This document shows, piece after piece, positions 1 to 11,087 of a DNA stretch of 64,000 bases. Position 1 is the first letter of the stretch, and each line of letters begins with the position of its first letter. A program made the translations under genes and the position numbers. The notes under the pieces were generated by a model. It ran no database searches. It had not been told where the DNA came from and saw nothing but the letters and a program-made list of their open reading frames with translations. Source of the stretch: a virus; the IMG/VR virus record IMGVR_UViG_3300006750_000004, positions 1-64,000 of that record. The stretch is one strand, 5' to 3'.

Positions 1-406
1 CTCGTACCCAGGCATAAATAAGGTTATCGCCAAATTTTGGGTGTTTGACGCTATTCCACTTGTCTGGATTGTACATCGGGTGTGGTGCTAGAACAAGGTC
101 GTATCCAGATTGAGATATCTGGGGCGGGATTGTTAAAGTAAGGTGGAGTGCTGATTGTTTGGTGTCTGCCTTATAGGTGACTAGGTTGTTGATTAGCGGA
201 TTATTGGCGAAGGCTGAGACGTAATAAGTGGAGGTGTGGACATCCAGCACACAATCATCAAAGTGATTCTTGATGGGTCCGAACATCAAGGTACTATTGA
301 TGTTGTCGCCCCAGCTACCAGTTTGGATCAGGCAGATTTTCTTCCTGGTGTCCTTTTGGCTATACTTTGGCTGTTTGGTAGTAGGAGTAGCTTTAGCCAC
401 TTCCAC
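1..406 (-). CDS. GT9/GT-B-like glycosyltransferase, runs off the window edge
   Basis: Manual translation of the minus strand: ...RKKICLIQTGSWGDNINSTLMFGPIKNHF...SAFANNPLIN, a GT9-like GD motif. GTG start (406 or 400) follows AAGGGG. Not in the ORF track because it is truncated. Confidence 0.6.
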   Translation of the reverse strand, partial: MEVAKATPTTKQPKYSQKDTRKKICLIQTGSWGDNINSTLMFGPIKNHFDDCVLDVHTSTYYVSAFANNPLINNLVTYKADTKQSALHLTLTIPPQISQSGYDLVLAPHPMYNPDKWNSVKHPKFGDNLIYAWVR

Positions 407-443
407 TTTCCCCCTTGGTTCACGACGGACAATTGGTTCTTTT

Positions 444-1157
444 TTAACCTTTTGTCGCTTTAAGTTTGGATTTATCTTCTTCAAGGTCAAGATCTCGATA
501 TAGGGTACCGTTTTTATCGAACCGCATCTCTAGAGACTTGTTGTGGCGGAAATATAACACCAGATCTTCTTTAATCAATCCGAATTGTTCACCACCAGCT
601 TTCCATTTTTCCCATAGGCGTGCATCCCCTATCACACGATAATCGCCGAAATATCCATATTTTTCGTGTAATTCTCGACGCCATATAGGGCATGGTCCAG
701 CTGATGATTGAGGGTATGCTTTGAATGGCATTTTGCGTTTCCATTGCCATGTGGTGTGATCTGGTTGATTAGGTTTCTGTGTAACCAGCACACTAGAGGA
801 AACGCAAGCATACTCAGGATGTGAATCTAGCCAGCCACAACATCGTTGGACATAGCTGGGGTGTAACATATCATCCACATTGCTATTCAAGATAAATCGG
901 GAGGATGTGCCCAGTATGCCATCATTCCAAGTTGGATATAGATTAATGTGCTTGGAATACCTAATGTCGATAACATTGGGATTATCAACCAGGAATTCGT
1001 TGTAGATCAAGGCTTCCTTGTCGTGATTCTCACAATTGAGCAATACGACCCAACAATCCTCAAATCCTTCTAGAGCACGCAGATTCTCGAGCTTGGCTTC
1101 CAGGAATCGACCAGCTTTCCACAATGCAATGAGTATAGTTGCTAGCTTTTGTTGCAC
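444..1157 (-). CDS. GT2-family (GT-A) glycosyltransferase
   Basis: LYPTWNDGI, NSNVDD (DxD), IWRRELHEKYGYF, GDARLW; paralog of 2664..3389. Confidence 0.8.
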   Translation of the reverse strand: MQQKLATILIALWKAGRFLEAKLENLRALEGFEDCWVVLLNCENHDKEALIYNEFLVDNPNVIDIRYSKHINLYPTWNDGILGTSSRFILNSNVDDMLHPSYVQRCCGWLDSHPEYACVSSSVLVTQKPNQPDHTTWQWKRKMPFKAYPQSSAGPCPIWRRELHEKYGYFGDYRVIGDARLWEKWKAGGEQFGLIKEDLVLYFRHNKSLEMRFDKNGTLYRDLDLEEDKSKLKATKG

Positions 1158-1969
1158 TTAATAAACCCTAAAACGTCACTTAATTCTGCTGGGTTATGGA
1201 CCCATGTAATCTGGTTATTCCACTTCACTTCGGACAGTCTCTTTTCATATCTATATAAGTTGTCTGTCCAGAGACAGATGGTATTCTTGGGTTGGTGTTT
1301 TTTAGGGAGTGCGAGGGAAGCACAGAAGAAACCGGAACCAACTGAAAAGAAGTATTTGCATTTGGATAGTGCCATGATGCATTGGCGACGGGTATACCGC
1401 AGCATATTATCCACTGTGTGGTGTTTTGCTTTACCGACTGGACATCCCTCGTTACTGAGCCATAGGACACGGTGGGTGTCGCCGAAATGCTCTAGAATTT
1501 GAGTGAAATGGTTTGGCTTGGCCCAGCTTTGTGCTGATGTGTAGACACTCTCGATAGCAATTATTGGCCGTTCATCTTGTATCTCGTCTGCAACAGACAA
1601 TTCTTGTTCTGTCGGGATAAATATTGGCCGTTGATCGAAATTGTCGATTCCTAATTGATGACCAGTTAGTAATGGTGTGTCGATTAATGAATGGTTTGGG
1701 TCATGTTGTCGGAATTCGAAGAATTTTATGTTCTGAGTAATTTGGAAAACCGGTTTGCAATTGAGTCTCTTTAATTCATGAATTCCTTGGTTCATTTGCT
1801 TGATATCAATTATTTTGCTTATCCATGGCGTGTTGTATAATGCGTCTTTACAATGTGTCCTGGCTGCTACCCAAACCTCATCATTGTATTTTTTCTTCAA
1901 CTCACGAATCAAACTTAGGTTAAAACATAAGTCACCAAAACCGTGAGCTGATTCGATTCCAATGGGCAT
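1142..1969 (-). CDS. GT9-like (GT-B) glycosyltransferase
   Basis: HGFGDLCFNLSLIRELKK, LYNTPWI, FFSVGSG; heptosyltransferase-like layout. Confidence 0.65.
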   Translation of the reverse strand: MPIGIESAHGFGDLCFNLSLIRELKKKYNDEVWVAARTHCKDALYNTPWISKIIDIKQMNQGIHELKRLNCKPVFQITQNIKFFEFRQHDPNHSLIDTPLLTGHQLGIDNFDQRPIFIPTEQELSVADEIQDERPIIAIESVYTSAQSWAKPNHFTQILEHFGDTHRVLWLSNEGCPVGKAKHHTVDNMLRYTRRQCIMALSKCKYFFSVGSGFFCASLALPKKHQPKNTICLWTDNLYRYEKRLSEVKWNNQITWVHNPAELSDVLGFIKCNKS

Positions 1970-2669
1970 ACCTATTTCTCCAAAATCAAGGCATAAGCGG
2001 TTACCGATTGGTTTAAAAATCGGCAGATTGGTTATTACCTCTGAACCGTATAAGCGTAGTCTTAAGAGACATGATATTTTCTATGATTGTAAATGTGATT
2101 GTGGTGTTGTTAAGACAATAAGATCACAATATTTAAGCAATGGTGACGCAGTATCTTGTGGATGCCGGATGAGGGAAACTCAAATAGAGAACGGCTCCAA
2201 TAATATGTTGAAGCATGGTTTTAAACGCAGGAAATTAGTGCATCCACTTTACCAAACTTGGTATGGTATGAACAAAAGATGCTATAATAAAAATAACCAC
2301 TCTTACAAACGATACGGTGCAAGGGGTATTACTGTTTGCGAAGAATGGCGTAATAATCCTGACGTTTTTATCGAATGGGCAATTGCTAATGGTTGGGAGC
2401 ATGGTTTGGAAATCGATCGAGAGAACAACGACGGTTCGTACTCGCCAGAAAATTGTCGTTTTGTGACTAAAAAACAAAATTGTCGAAATCAACGATCGAA
2501 TCGTCTGATCACAATTAATAGCAGTACTAAAACAATGGTCGAATGGTGTGAAATTTATGATCGTTATTATCGAACTGTGAATGCTAGAATCAATTCGTAT
2601 GGCATGGACCCAGCTAAAGCTGTTTTATTACAGACCAAACGAGGATTTTGCGGTACATCGCATTCATAA
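1962..2669 (+). mobile_element. Free-standing phage HNH-type homing endonuclease
   Basis: GRLVI...CKCDCG, KHG, WYGMNKRC...YGARGITVCEEW, IDRENNDGSYSPENCRF...N; antisense to the surrounding operon. Confidence 0.8.
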
Positions 2670-3389
2670 TTTCCCTACCTTGTATCGACCTACTTTTCTG
2701 TGATATAGTCGCCATTCTTCTTTATTCACCTTTTGATACCATAAATTCTGGCCTTGTCGCCATAGGTATAGTGCTAAATTTTGGTTTACCCACAATAATC
2801 GTTTCTTAGAGACAAAATGAATTCTGGCCCACCAATCTGCGTCTGCCAATGCTTGGAATTCGGTATCAAATAGACCGATTTGATCATGGAGGTTTCTCCT
2901 CCAAAGTGGGAAGTGTCCTACTCCAGCAATATCGATGTTCCCATTATAGTTTCCAGGTTTTCCATCTGGTGATGCTGATGTCAGATTATCCCATGTCTGG
3001 TTTGGTTTGCTAGCTGTAAACCAACTACAATATGTTAGTCCAATACCTGGTCCTGATCGCTCCAGGTTGTTTATTAAAATTTGGTAACATTTTGGGGAGA
3101 CGAGATCATCAGTGTTAGCGTTGGTGATAAACTGACTATTAGAATTTTGAATTATATGATTCCATGCCTCGTAGACTGAAATTCTTTTGTCGAGTCGTTC
3201 ATATCGTATTTGTTTGTGTTTTTTGGCAAATGCTGTTGGGATGTTGTGATCTCGTTCATCTGGGCTGTCAGCGTTGACGCACCATATTTCTATATCCTTC
3301 AGAATATTACATTGTAGTAGATTTTGGAGCCTGTTTTTGATCCAATCCCCACTGTTATACATGGAGACCATGACAGTGAGTTTAGTCAT
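2664..3389 (-). CDS. GT2-family glycosyltransferase
   Basis: VMVSMYNS, YEAWN, NANTDD, LWRRNLHDQIGLFD, ADADWW. Confidence 0.85.
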   Translation of the reverse strand: MTKLTVMVSMYNSGDWIKNRLQNLLQCNILKDIEIWCVNADSPDERDHNIPTAFAKKHKQIRYERLDKRISVYEAWNHIIQNSNSQFITNANTDDLVSPKCYQILINNLERSGPGIGLTYCSWFTASKPNQTWDNLTSASPDGKPGNYNGNIDIAGVGHFPLWRRNLHDQIGLFDTEFQALADADWWARIHFVSKKRLLWVNQNLALYLWRQGQNLWYQKVNKEEWRLYHRKVGRYKVGKL

Positions 3390-3873
3390 TTTGTCCCCGG
3401 TTACGTTCGTTGTGCTCTTTTACTAATCTATTGCATTCTTCGACGTGATTAACATCTTTGGCCTCATAATCTGTGTAGGATTTTTCTTCCCGGATATCTG
3501 AGTCGAAGAATTCGTTGATTTCTTTCTTGATACGTGCTCGTTCATCGTTGGTCAGGTATACGGATCGTGCTAATTGGACGAATTTATCTCCGAAGTCTTG
3601 ACGCCGTTCGCAGTCTCGGATTTTGTCTTCGATGTCCCAAATTTTTTCGTTTATTTGGCGGAGTTTGGTTATGGCGGAGTTCAAAGCTTTTGAGTTGGCA
3701 ATTTTATTACCAGCAACCCATTCATGGAGTTTGCTAACTGATTTTTTGAGGATTGCTTGTTCGTTTTTGACGAATACGATTTTAGTATTGTCTTTGATCT
3801 TTTCGAGTTTGATTCCCAGGATTGTTAGTTTATCGAACAGCTCTCCTGGGGCTATTTCTACTTTGATTCGCAT
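3382..3873 (-). CDS. DUF6165-like protein
   Basis: GELFDKLTILGIK...INEKIWDIED.IR...FVQLARSVY.TND.RARIKKEIN...EEKSY. Confidence 0.75.
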   Translation of the reverse strand: MRIKVEIAPGELFDKLTILGIKLEKIKDNTKIVFVKNEQAILKKSVSKLHEWVAGNKIANSKALNSAITKLRQINEKIWDIEDKIRDCERRQDFGDKFVQLARSVYLTNDERARIKKEINEFFDSDIREEKSYTDYEAKDVNHVEECNRLVKEHNERNRGQND

Positions 3874-3885
3874 TGTTCGTACCAG

Positions 3886-5327
<1,442 letters not shown>

Positions 5328-5355
5328 ATCGGCTTCTAATCGGCCTCCACAGTTG

Positions 5356-5550
5356 TCAAACAGAATCAGGGGGTGAATTTTCCTTTGCGTTTTTCATGAT
5401 CGCCTCATAGACTTCCCGGCGGTGGACTGGGATTTCTTTTGGGGCTTCAACACCCAAACGGACTTTGTCCCCTCTGATTTCAACAATGACAATTGTGATG
5501 TCGTTGTTGATAACGATGGACTCATTTTTCTTTCGCGACAGTACTAACAT
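5356..5550 (-). CDS. csrA: Carbon storage regulator CsrA (64 aa)
   Basis: MLVLSRKKNESIVINNDITIVIVEIRGDKVRLGVEAPKEIPVHRREVY; ATG at 5550 with AAGGA SD (the track ORF is over-extended). Confidence 0.96.
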   Translation of the reverse strand: MLVLSRKKNESIVINNDITIVIVEIRGDKVRLGVEAPKEIPVHRREVYEAIMKNAKENSPPDSV

Positions 5551-5581
5551 TTCGTACTTCCTTGCCGGGATGTTAGGACTG

Positions 5582-6397
5582 CTAGGACTGCTCGTAGCCG
5601 TTCTTTGTGAGATTGGTTCGCTCTTTGTCGAGGTCTTTGACCGCAAACCAGGGCCGTTCTCGTTTACCACCTGTGACGGCTGTGTCGGAGAGGAATTCGG
5701 CGGTATAGAGGGCTTGCGATTTTTTGCCGAGAGCACCATTGTAAGTGTTAAAACAATACTTACGCGGTGTGGCGTTGGTGAGGAGCAGGCAGTGTGCACG
5801 CACATCTACTTCGGGGTGGTCGAATTTGACGTTCTTTTTCGTCCATAATTCGCAGCCGTCGAGGGCTTTGAGGTCATCGAAGTTGACAAGGATTGGTTCC
5901 TTGGCCACTTTCTTGGCTTTGTCGGCCTTGGGCTTGTCTGCTTTCTTCGTGTCTTTGTCACCCTTGCCTGTAGCAGTGGTGGCTTCCTTTGTCGTTGTCA
6001 TCGGTTTGACTCCTAGCCAGTGTAAGTTGAACTCACCATCATTAGGACAAGTGATCCGTTCGCAATTTGGCTCAACATCGAATACGTTCCCACATTTTGG
6101 GCAAACTGCACGGTATTTATCACTCGATTCAATGACAGTGGCTTTGCCATCTGAGTTGAGTGGTAAGATCCTGCGGAAATGCACTTTGCAAGTACGTGTG
6201 CCATCTCGTTCGCGGAGGGGGACGTGACCTTTCCGGTCGGCTCTGACGAAGTCTGGTTTGTTGGTATTGGGATCTTCGTCGTCAACCGGTTCTGGCTCGA
6301 CAACGTAGATCTTGGGCTCGATGATCCCTGTCAACAACAATACCTGCACTTCTTGGCTTATGGGGAATTTCTCTCGTCCACCCGAATTCTGCGTCAT
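5582..6397 (-). CDS. Hypothetical protein with Zn-ribbon-like CPKC..CPND and a Lys-rich linker
   Basis: 271-aa ORF, GGAG SD. Confidence 0.65.
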   Translation of the reverse strand: MTQNSGGREKFPISQEVQVLLLTGIIEPKIYVVEPEPVDDEDPNTNKPDFVRADRKGHVPLRERDGTRTCKVHFRRILPLNSDGKATVIESSDKYRAVCPKCGNVFDVEPNCERITCPNDGEFNLHWLGVKPMTTTKEATTATGKGDKDTKKADKPKADKAKKVAKEPILVNFDDLKALDGCELWTKKNVKFDHPEVDVRAHCLLLTNATPRKYCFNTYNGALGKKSQALYTAEFLSDTAVTGGKRERPWFAVKDLDKERTNLTKNGYEQS

Positions 6398-6522
6398 AAT
6401 CTAGTCTCCAGAGTCGAATACGTTGCAACTCTCCAAGTGTTACTAACGGACCAGCCTCTGTTAATGAGGACTAAAATTGGTATCTTTTTAAATACAGGAA
6501 AATATTCGTGGAGAACACCTAA

Positions 6523-6795
6523 TTATGGAAGACGGAGTCCATCTCGGAGAACGGGATCAAACCGATCTGGAAGAACGACATCCGTACCTTCAATGTATGG
6601 GATTTGGTGTTGTAGACGCTCCACCAGAGCTTCTAACTGTTCTTGGACCATGGCGAAAGACGCAGAATCGAGCGGACCCATGCTGAGGAATTCTAGGACT
6701 ATTATGTTCCGCTTGTAACCGCCGGTCTCTTCGACTGTTTTGTAACTTGGTGGGAATCCTGGGTATGGTTTACGCGGCACGTCAAGATTCTCCAA
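6523..6795 (-). CDS. Hypothetical protein
   Basis: 90-aa ORF overlapping the stop of the upstream gene. Confidence 0.5.
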   Translation of the reverse strand: MENLDVPRKPYPGFPPSYKTVEETGGYKRNIIVLEFLSMGPLDSASFAMVQEQLEALVERLQHQIPYIEGTDVVLPDRFDPVLRDGLRLP

Positions 6796-7177
6796 TAATT
6801 CCTGTCACCTTGCGTACGTGTCCCTTAATAATATCTCCGCCCCTGCGATCGAACAACTGCTGGAGAAGTGCTAGATAACTCTCTTGTTCCAATTTACCAG
6901 ATGAAAACATCCAGACAAGATCATTATTCTTTTTAATATTCTTACAATCTTTGCAAGAGGGAAGAATATTAGCTGGGATGTTGGGTGCAACTATTTTCAA
7001 TGGGAATGGATGATCTAGAGTTTCCGCTGCACTACCACAATACGCACATTGATTTTTGTAACATTCGATGATTTCTTCAACATCTGAAATCTCCAAATCA
7101 CTGTAGATATCTTGTCGTTTTGCACGATATCTCGATTGTCGGATCCAGCTGCTTATTGTTGCTCGTTCCATGGACAT
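6782..7177 (-). CDS. HNH endonuclease (McrA-like)
   Basis: CAYCG...LDH.FP...NILPSCKDC; start set to MSMER to avoid overlap with the divergent gene. Confidence 0.75.
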   Translation of the reverse strand: MSMERATISSWIRQSRYRAKRQDIYSDLEISDVEEIIECYKNQCAYCGSAAETLDHPFPLKIVAPNIPANILPSCKDCKNIKKNNDLVWMFSSGKLEQESYLALLQQLFDRRGGDIIKGHVRKVTGIIGES

Positions 7178-7201
7178 ATTTCCAATGCCTGGGAGGCTCT
7201 G

Positions 7202-8314
7202 ATGTTTGGAAGAATTTTCCATAATATCTTCGCGACTAGCCGTCGACGCGAAATAGGTGTTGAGAATTTTAATCATTGTTCGTCGATCTGCCAACATGGT
7301 GATGGCACAATGCTGGCCTGGTACTCTGGGTCGGGCGAATGCCGCGATGATCAGAGCGTCTATATTAGCTTTTGTAATGCTAAAGGCGAGTATACGGACC
7401 CTGTTCGTGTCGGGGACAAAACCGGTAATCCAGTAATTTGGTCGCATAGGGGGCATATTTACCTTCTATGGTCTAAATTCGAGGATACTGGTGACATTCG
7501 TAGCATTGTCGATCGTTGGAAGTTTTGTAGTCTTTGGATACAGAGGGTGGAGCTCCAAGACGAAATCACACTTGTCGACGAACCGGTGATGATAGCGTCG
7601 CCAGAGAGCCATCTTCTTGGCAGATGCAACCCATTATTTCTTGGCCAAACTTCCTGGTCTACTGATGAAGGCCCCGGCACATTGCATGCTGATTCCGCAT
7701 GCGATTATCTACTGCCACTGTACGATGAAGTAACGCGAAACGGAGTTATTTACAAAGTTCGAATAGATGATGTGACTGAAAACCAACTAGATCCAGTGCA
7801 CAAACGAGTCATCCATACCACCAGAACCGGAAATATTGGTATTGACATGATTCAGCCAACTCTCTGGCTTGGTAAGGCAGTTTTACCAAGCTATCCGCAA
7901 CGGGTGCATTCACTTAGCAGGAACTTTGGTGCAAAGACCTTCAGACGAACGAGATGCAAATATTGCTACTCAGACGATTCAGGCGAGACATGGTCAGAAC
8001 CACAAGAAACAGACATCCCCAATAGAAACAGCTCATTACATGCTATTCATTATAATGGATACGACCTACTTTTGTGGAATGACACAAATGGTCTTAGTCG
8101 GATAAATCTACGATTAGGTAAACTGTCATTTATAGACGATATTCCGGAAGTGGAGATGATCGCAACGATTGGAGAAGCCGGAGGATATCCCTCAATGTGC
8201 GTAGATGCTGCAGATAATCTTCATATGACATTTTCCAATAGAAAAAGAAAGATTGAACATCATGTCTGGAACACCAAACAGTTCGATACCATTAGCCAGA
8301 GAAATATCTCTTGA
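7202..8314 (+). CDS. BNR/Asp-box beta-propeller, exo-alpha-sialidase-like
   Basis: NHCSSI...LAWYSGSGE, GNPV, IQPTL, Asp-box YSDDSGETWS, PNRNS, GYPS; ATG 7202 after GGGAGG. Confidence 0.8.
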   Translation: MFGRIFHNIFATSRRREIGVENFNHCSSICQHGDGTMLAWYSGSGECRDDQSVYISFCNAKGEYTDPVRVGDKTGNPVIWSHRGHIYLLWSKFEDTGDIRSIVDRWKFCSLWIQRVELQDEITLVDEPVMIASPESHLLGRCNPLFLGQTSWSTDEGPGTLHADSACDYLLPLYDEVTRNGVIYKVRIDDVTENQLDPVHKRVIHTTRTGNIGIDMIQPTLWLGKAVLPSYPQRVHSLSRNFGAKTFRRTRCKYCYSDDSGETWSEPQETDIPNRNSSLHAIHYNGYDLLLWNDTNGLSRINLRLGKLSFIDDIPEVEMIATIGEAGGYPSMCVDAADNLHMTFSNRKRKIEHHVWNTKQFDTISQRNIS

Positions 8315-8483
8315 TGATCTGCCAGATGAGGAGGAAATTTCCCTTGATCTGCCAGATGAGGAAGAGATTATTATAGTTGATGAGATGCCAAAAGACAGGG
8401 TGCCACTCTATTTCGAATGCTCACCAGAATTTGGAGCATTCTCTGGCGACTATGTCGAGGATAAAGAATCTTCTAAATCCTGA
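8253..8483 (+). CDS. Small acidic hypothetical protein
   Basis: Duplicated (D)LPDEEE peptide, 30-bp period at 8315/8345. Confidence 0.4.
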   Translation: MNIMSGTPNSSIPLAREISLDDLPDEEEISLDLPDEEEIIIVDEMPKDRVPLYFECSPEFGAFSGDYVEDKESSKS

Positions 8484-8842
8484 ATCACGTTGGCAATTTG
8501 GAGCATCTCGTCGCGAGGTTTGACGCCCGCCTCTACAGCACTCTGATTAAGTCCTTGAGGGGGTGACGGGTCAAAAATTATTGTGGTGACGTCTGGTGCA
8601 ATCGACATTATTACCATTAACATATCTCTGGCATGCTCTTTTTTGCTACACACCTGAGTCGATAATTGGCGTTGATCGCCATGTTCCTTAATTACCTTCT
8701 GCATTCCATTACAGAATTGTGAAGCAATTACTGGATCACTAAATACAGGGAATAGAGGTATTCCTTCATTTTCATAGAGAAATAACTTCTTCTGGTCCGC
8801 ACCGAACGCCCCATAACTTATGACTATAAGTGGGAACTTCAT
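8450..8842 (-). CDS. Hypothetical protein
   Basis: 130-aa ORF; IPLFPVFSD..A..F is weakly SseB-like. Confidence 0.6.
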   Translation of the reverse strand: MKFPLIVISYGAFGADQKKLFLYENEGIPLFPVFSDPVIASQFCNGMQKVIKEHGDQRQLSTQVCSKKEHARDMLMVIMSIAPDVTTIIFDPSPPQGLNQSAVEAGVKPRDEMLQIANVIQDLEDSLSST

Positions 8843-8921
8843 TATTTCAATCTTTCTACTCTAGTCTATCAATGGCATAGAACCCCTGTTGGGTTTCTCA
8901 GAGATCAAGCAAAATTAAATT

Positions 8922-10727
8922 ATGAAATTGGCAAAGATTATAACCCTAGATGACCCGTACTACCTCCAATTGCGACGGTTGTTGGATGGAGCACGGCCAA
9001 TGGTTGTAGAACACACAATTCTCAAACTCAAAAACGGCACTGGCCGAGCTTATCAAGAGCCACAGCCAATACCCTATATATTCATCGAATCCGTGCTTGA
9101 TAGCAATGTGATGAGTGAGGGCGGTCTTGGGGAATTGTTTAAAACAGGGGTTGCTAAACTCAAAGCCGCCCTAACACCAGGGCCTAGTGGGGACCTAGAA
9201 ACATTACTGACGTTTATGGCTCCCAGCAGTGGTGGTCTCCAACAAATCAACCAATTAATCCAACAGGCCAGTAAAGCCGAAGGATCTCTCCTAGACCCCG
9301 CCAATAGCGCTTGGTGGGAAGAACTCTATGGTGCATTTGGGGTAAACGATCAAGAGACTAAGACCGCCGTCCAACAACAAGTCCAGCAAGATCTCTTAAA
9401 TCCTCAACCTGAAGAGCAACCTGAAGAGCAAGCAGATCCCACGGGTCAAGAAGGAACTAACACTGGTGCCGGAGGTGGTAAACAAGCCGCAGTCCAACAT
9501 CGATTACAAATGCTCATAAAGAGGATGCAAGAATTAAAGGCCAAAGCTCAACCCGAACCAGCTCAACCCGAACCAGCTCAACCCGAACCAGCTCAACCCG
9601 AACCAGCTCAACCCGTCGCAAAAGAACTGACCAAGAAGGAAATTCATGACCATATTGCTCGTCTTCGAAAACTGAACCGAGAGGGAAACCTAAGTCAAGA
9701 AGGACAGGAAACCCTCACTCAACTCATCAATCAGCGCAACGCGCCAGCCGACGACGAAGAGCACTTGAACAAGAAGCAAATAATTATGCCTGGAGATACT
9801 CAGCACAGTATGCCGGAAAACCGGATTGTTGCTGAATTGGCTCTCTCACTTTTAACTGAACGATGTGTCAGAAATAATATTGGTATTATTGCGAACTTGA
9901 TGCTCCGGAAAATTGGCTCACCCCAATCTGTGAGGATGCCACTTATCAGTGAAGCCGGTCTAGTCAGTAAACTGAAAGACGCCATCGGCGGTATTCCCAA
10001 TAAATTATCAAGAATGGCAAATACTGCCACAGATATGGTGTCGAATCCGCAATATGCCCAACAGCAACTTGCTGCTTCTGGTGCTAGTAGTAATAATGAA
10101 CGTGCTGCTAAACAAGCAGTGCGGATTTTGACGGATAACTTGAGAGGCCAATTCGAATCTAAGTTGTCTGCAAATGGTCTGACTCCCGACCAAATTCAGA
10201 CTACTTTAGCATCATGGCAGAAATTGAGGCCACAGGCTGAACGTGGCGAAGAAAAAGCTTTGCAACAATACAACATTGCTGCCGAAACCTTGAAGAAAGC
10301 ATTCAAACTCTTCAATGTGGCTGATGGGTCAGAACCCGATGACTACAGCAGCGTCACTGGTGGTTTCGAATCATTGGAACCAGTCGGTGCGCCAGGGAGT
10401 GGTACCCAAATCAGTGGTGTCCAACCAGCTAAATATGGATTCGAGGAACAGGGGATTCCTGCAACATATCTCACTGGAGGTATGACCATGGAACAAACAG
10501 CTCAATTACAAGCCATATTAGCCCACGATCGGTTGGATGTAAATCAATCTTTAATCGTTTGGCGATTAATTACTGGTCGATCACCTGACATGGATAAATT
10601 CCGAGCTGCAATACAAAAAACTGGTAATTCTATACCAAAACCAAAACTCATCAAAGCAGCCAAAAATACTGCAGACAAGATTAGAGCAGCCAACTACGAT
10701 CGTGATAATCCTGTGACCGGATTTTGA
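8922..10727 (+). CDS. Large helical Q-rich protein, putative internal head protein
   Basis: 601-aa ORF; MKL start; several (L/I/M)xE sites (VMSE, LLTE, LISE); AQPEP repeats. Confidence 0.6.
   Translation: MKLAKIITLDDPYYLQLRRLLDGARPMVVEHTILKLKNGTGRAYQEPQPIPYIFIESVLDSNVMSEGGLGELFKTGVAKLKAALTPGPSGDLETLLTFMAPSSGGLQQINQLIQQASKAEGSLLDPANSAWWEELYGAFGVNDQETKTAVQQQVQQDLLNPQPEEQPEEQADPTGQEGTNTGAGGGKQAAVQHRLQMLIKRMQELKAKAQPEPAQPEPAQPEPAQPEPAQPVAKELTKKEIHDHIARLRKLNREGNLSQEGQETLTQLINQRNAPADDEEHLNKKQIIMPGDTQHSMPENRIVAELALSLLTERCVRNNIGIIANLMLRKIGSPQSVRMPLISEAGLVSKLKDAIGGIPNKLSRMANTATDMVSNPQYAQQQLAASGASSNNERAAKQAVRILTDNLRGQFESKLSANGLTPDQIQTTLASWQKLRPQAERGEEKALQQYNIAAETLKKAFKLFNVADGSEPDDYSSVTGGFESLEPVGAPGSGTQISGVQPAKYGFEEQGIPATYLTGGMTMEQTAQLQAILAHDRLDVNQSLIVWRLITGRSPDMDKFRAAIQKTGNSIPKPKLIKAAKNTADKIRAANYDRDNPVTGF
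9546..9615 (+). repeat. 15-bp tandem repeat GCTCAACCCGAACCA, about 4.7 copies (AQPEP)
   Basis: Perfect copies read directly from the sequence. Confidence 0.95.
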
Positions 10728-10813
10728 TGCTTGGTGATCATGTGTCATGAGTGGATCGAGAAGCAACGCCGATTCGCACTAGGGTGTATACGGACCGGTA
10801 TAGAGAGGAACCA

Positions 10814-11068
10814 ATGGCTGATTCAAACAAAGACGACACAAACAACCCAGGCTTCAAGACTACTGAGCTATGGCTCACTACTATAACTGGTCTCGTCAGT
10901 ACTATTCTTGGTACGACGGCACCCAGCGAGACGACTACTGTTCTGATTGTCTGTCTTACAATCGCGGCCGTGACATATCTTCTATGCCGTACCGTGTTTA
11001 AGGTAGCCAAACTTAAGTATCGTCCATCTGACGCTGTCTCATTCGCCACACAAAAGGCAGAAGAATAA
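10814..11068 (+). CDS. Small 2-TM holin-like membrane protein
   Basis: PGFKTTELWLT followed by two hydrophobic helices and a basic tail; GAGG SD. Confidence 0.55.
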   Translation: MADSNKDDTNNPGFKTTELWLTTITGLVSTILGTTAPSETTTVLIVCLTIAAVTYLLCRTVFKVAKLKYRPSDAVSFATQKAEE

Positions 11069-11087
11069 CTCGATTAGGTGGGCAGCT

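Noticed and set aside
5551-5805. N-terminal extension of CsrA in the ORF track
   Set aside because: It overlaps the upstream gene; the canonical CsrA start with an SD is at 5550.
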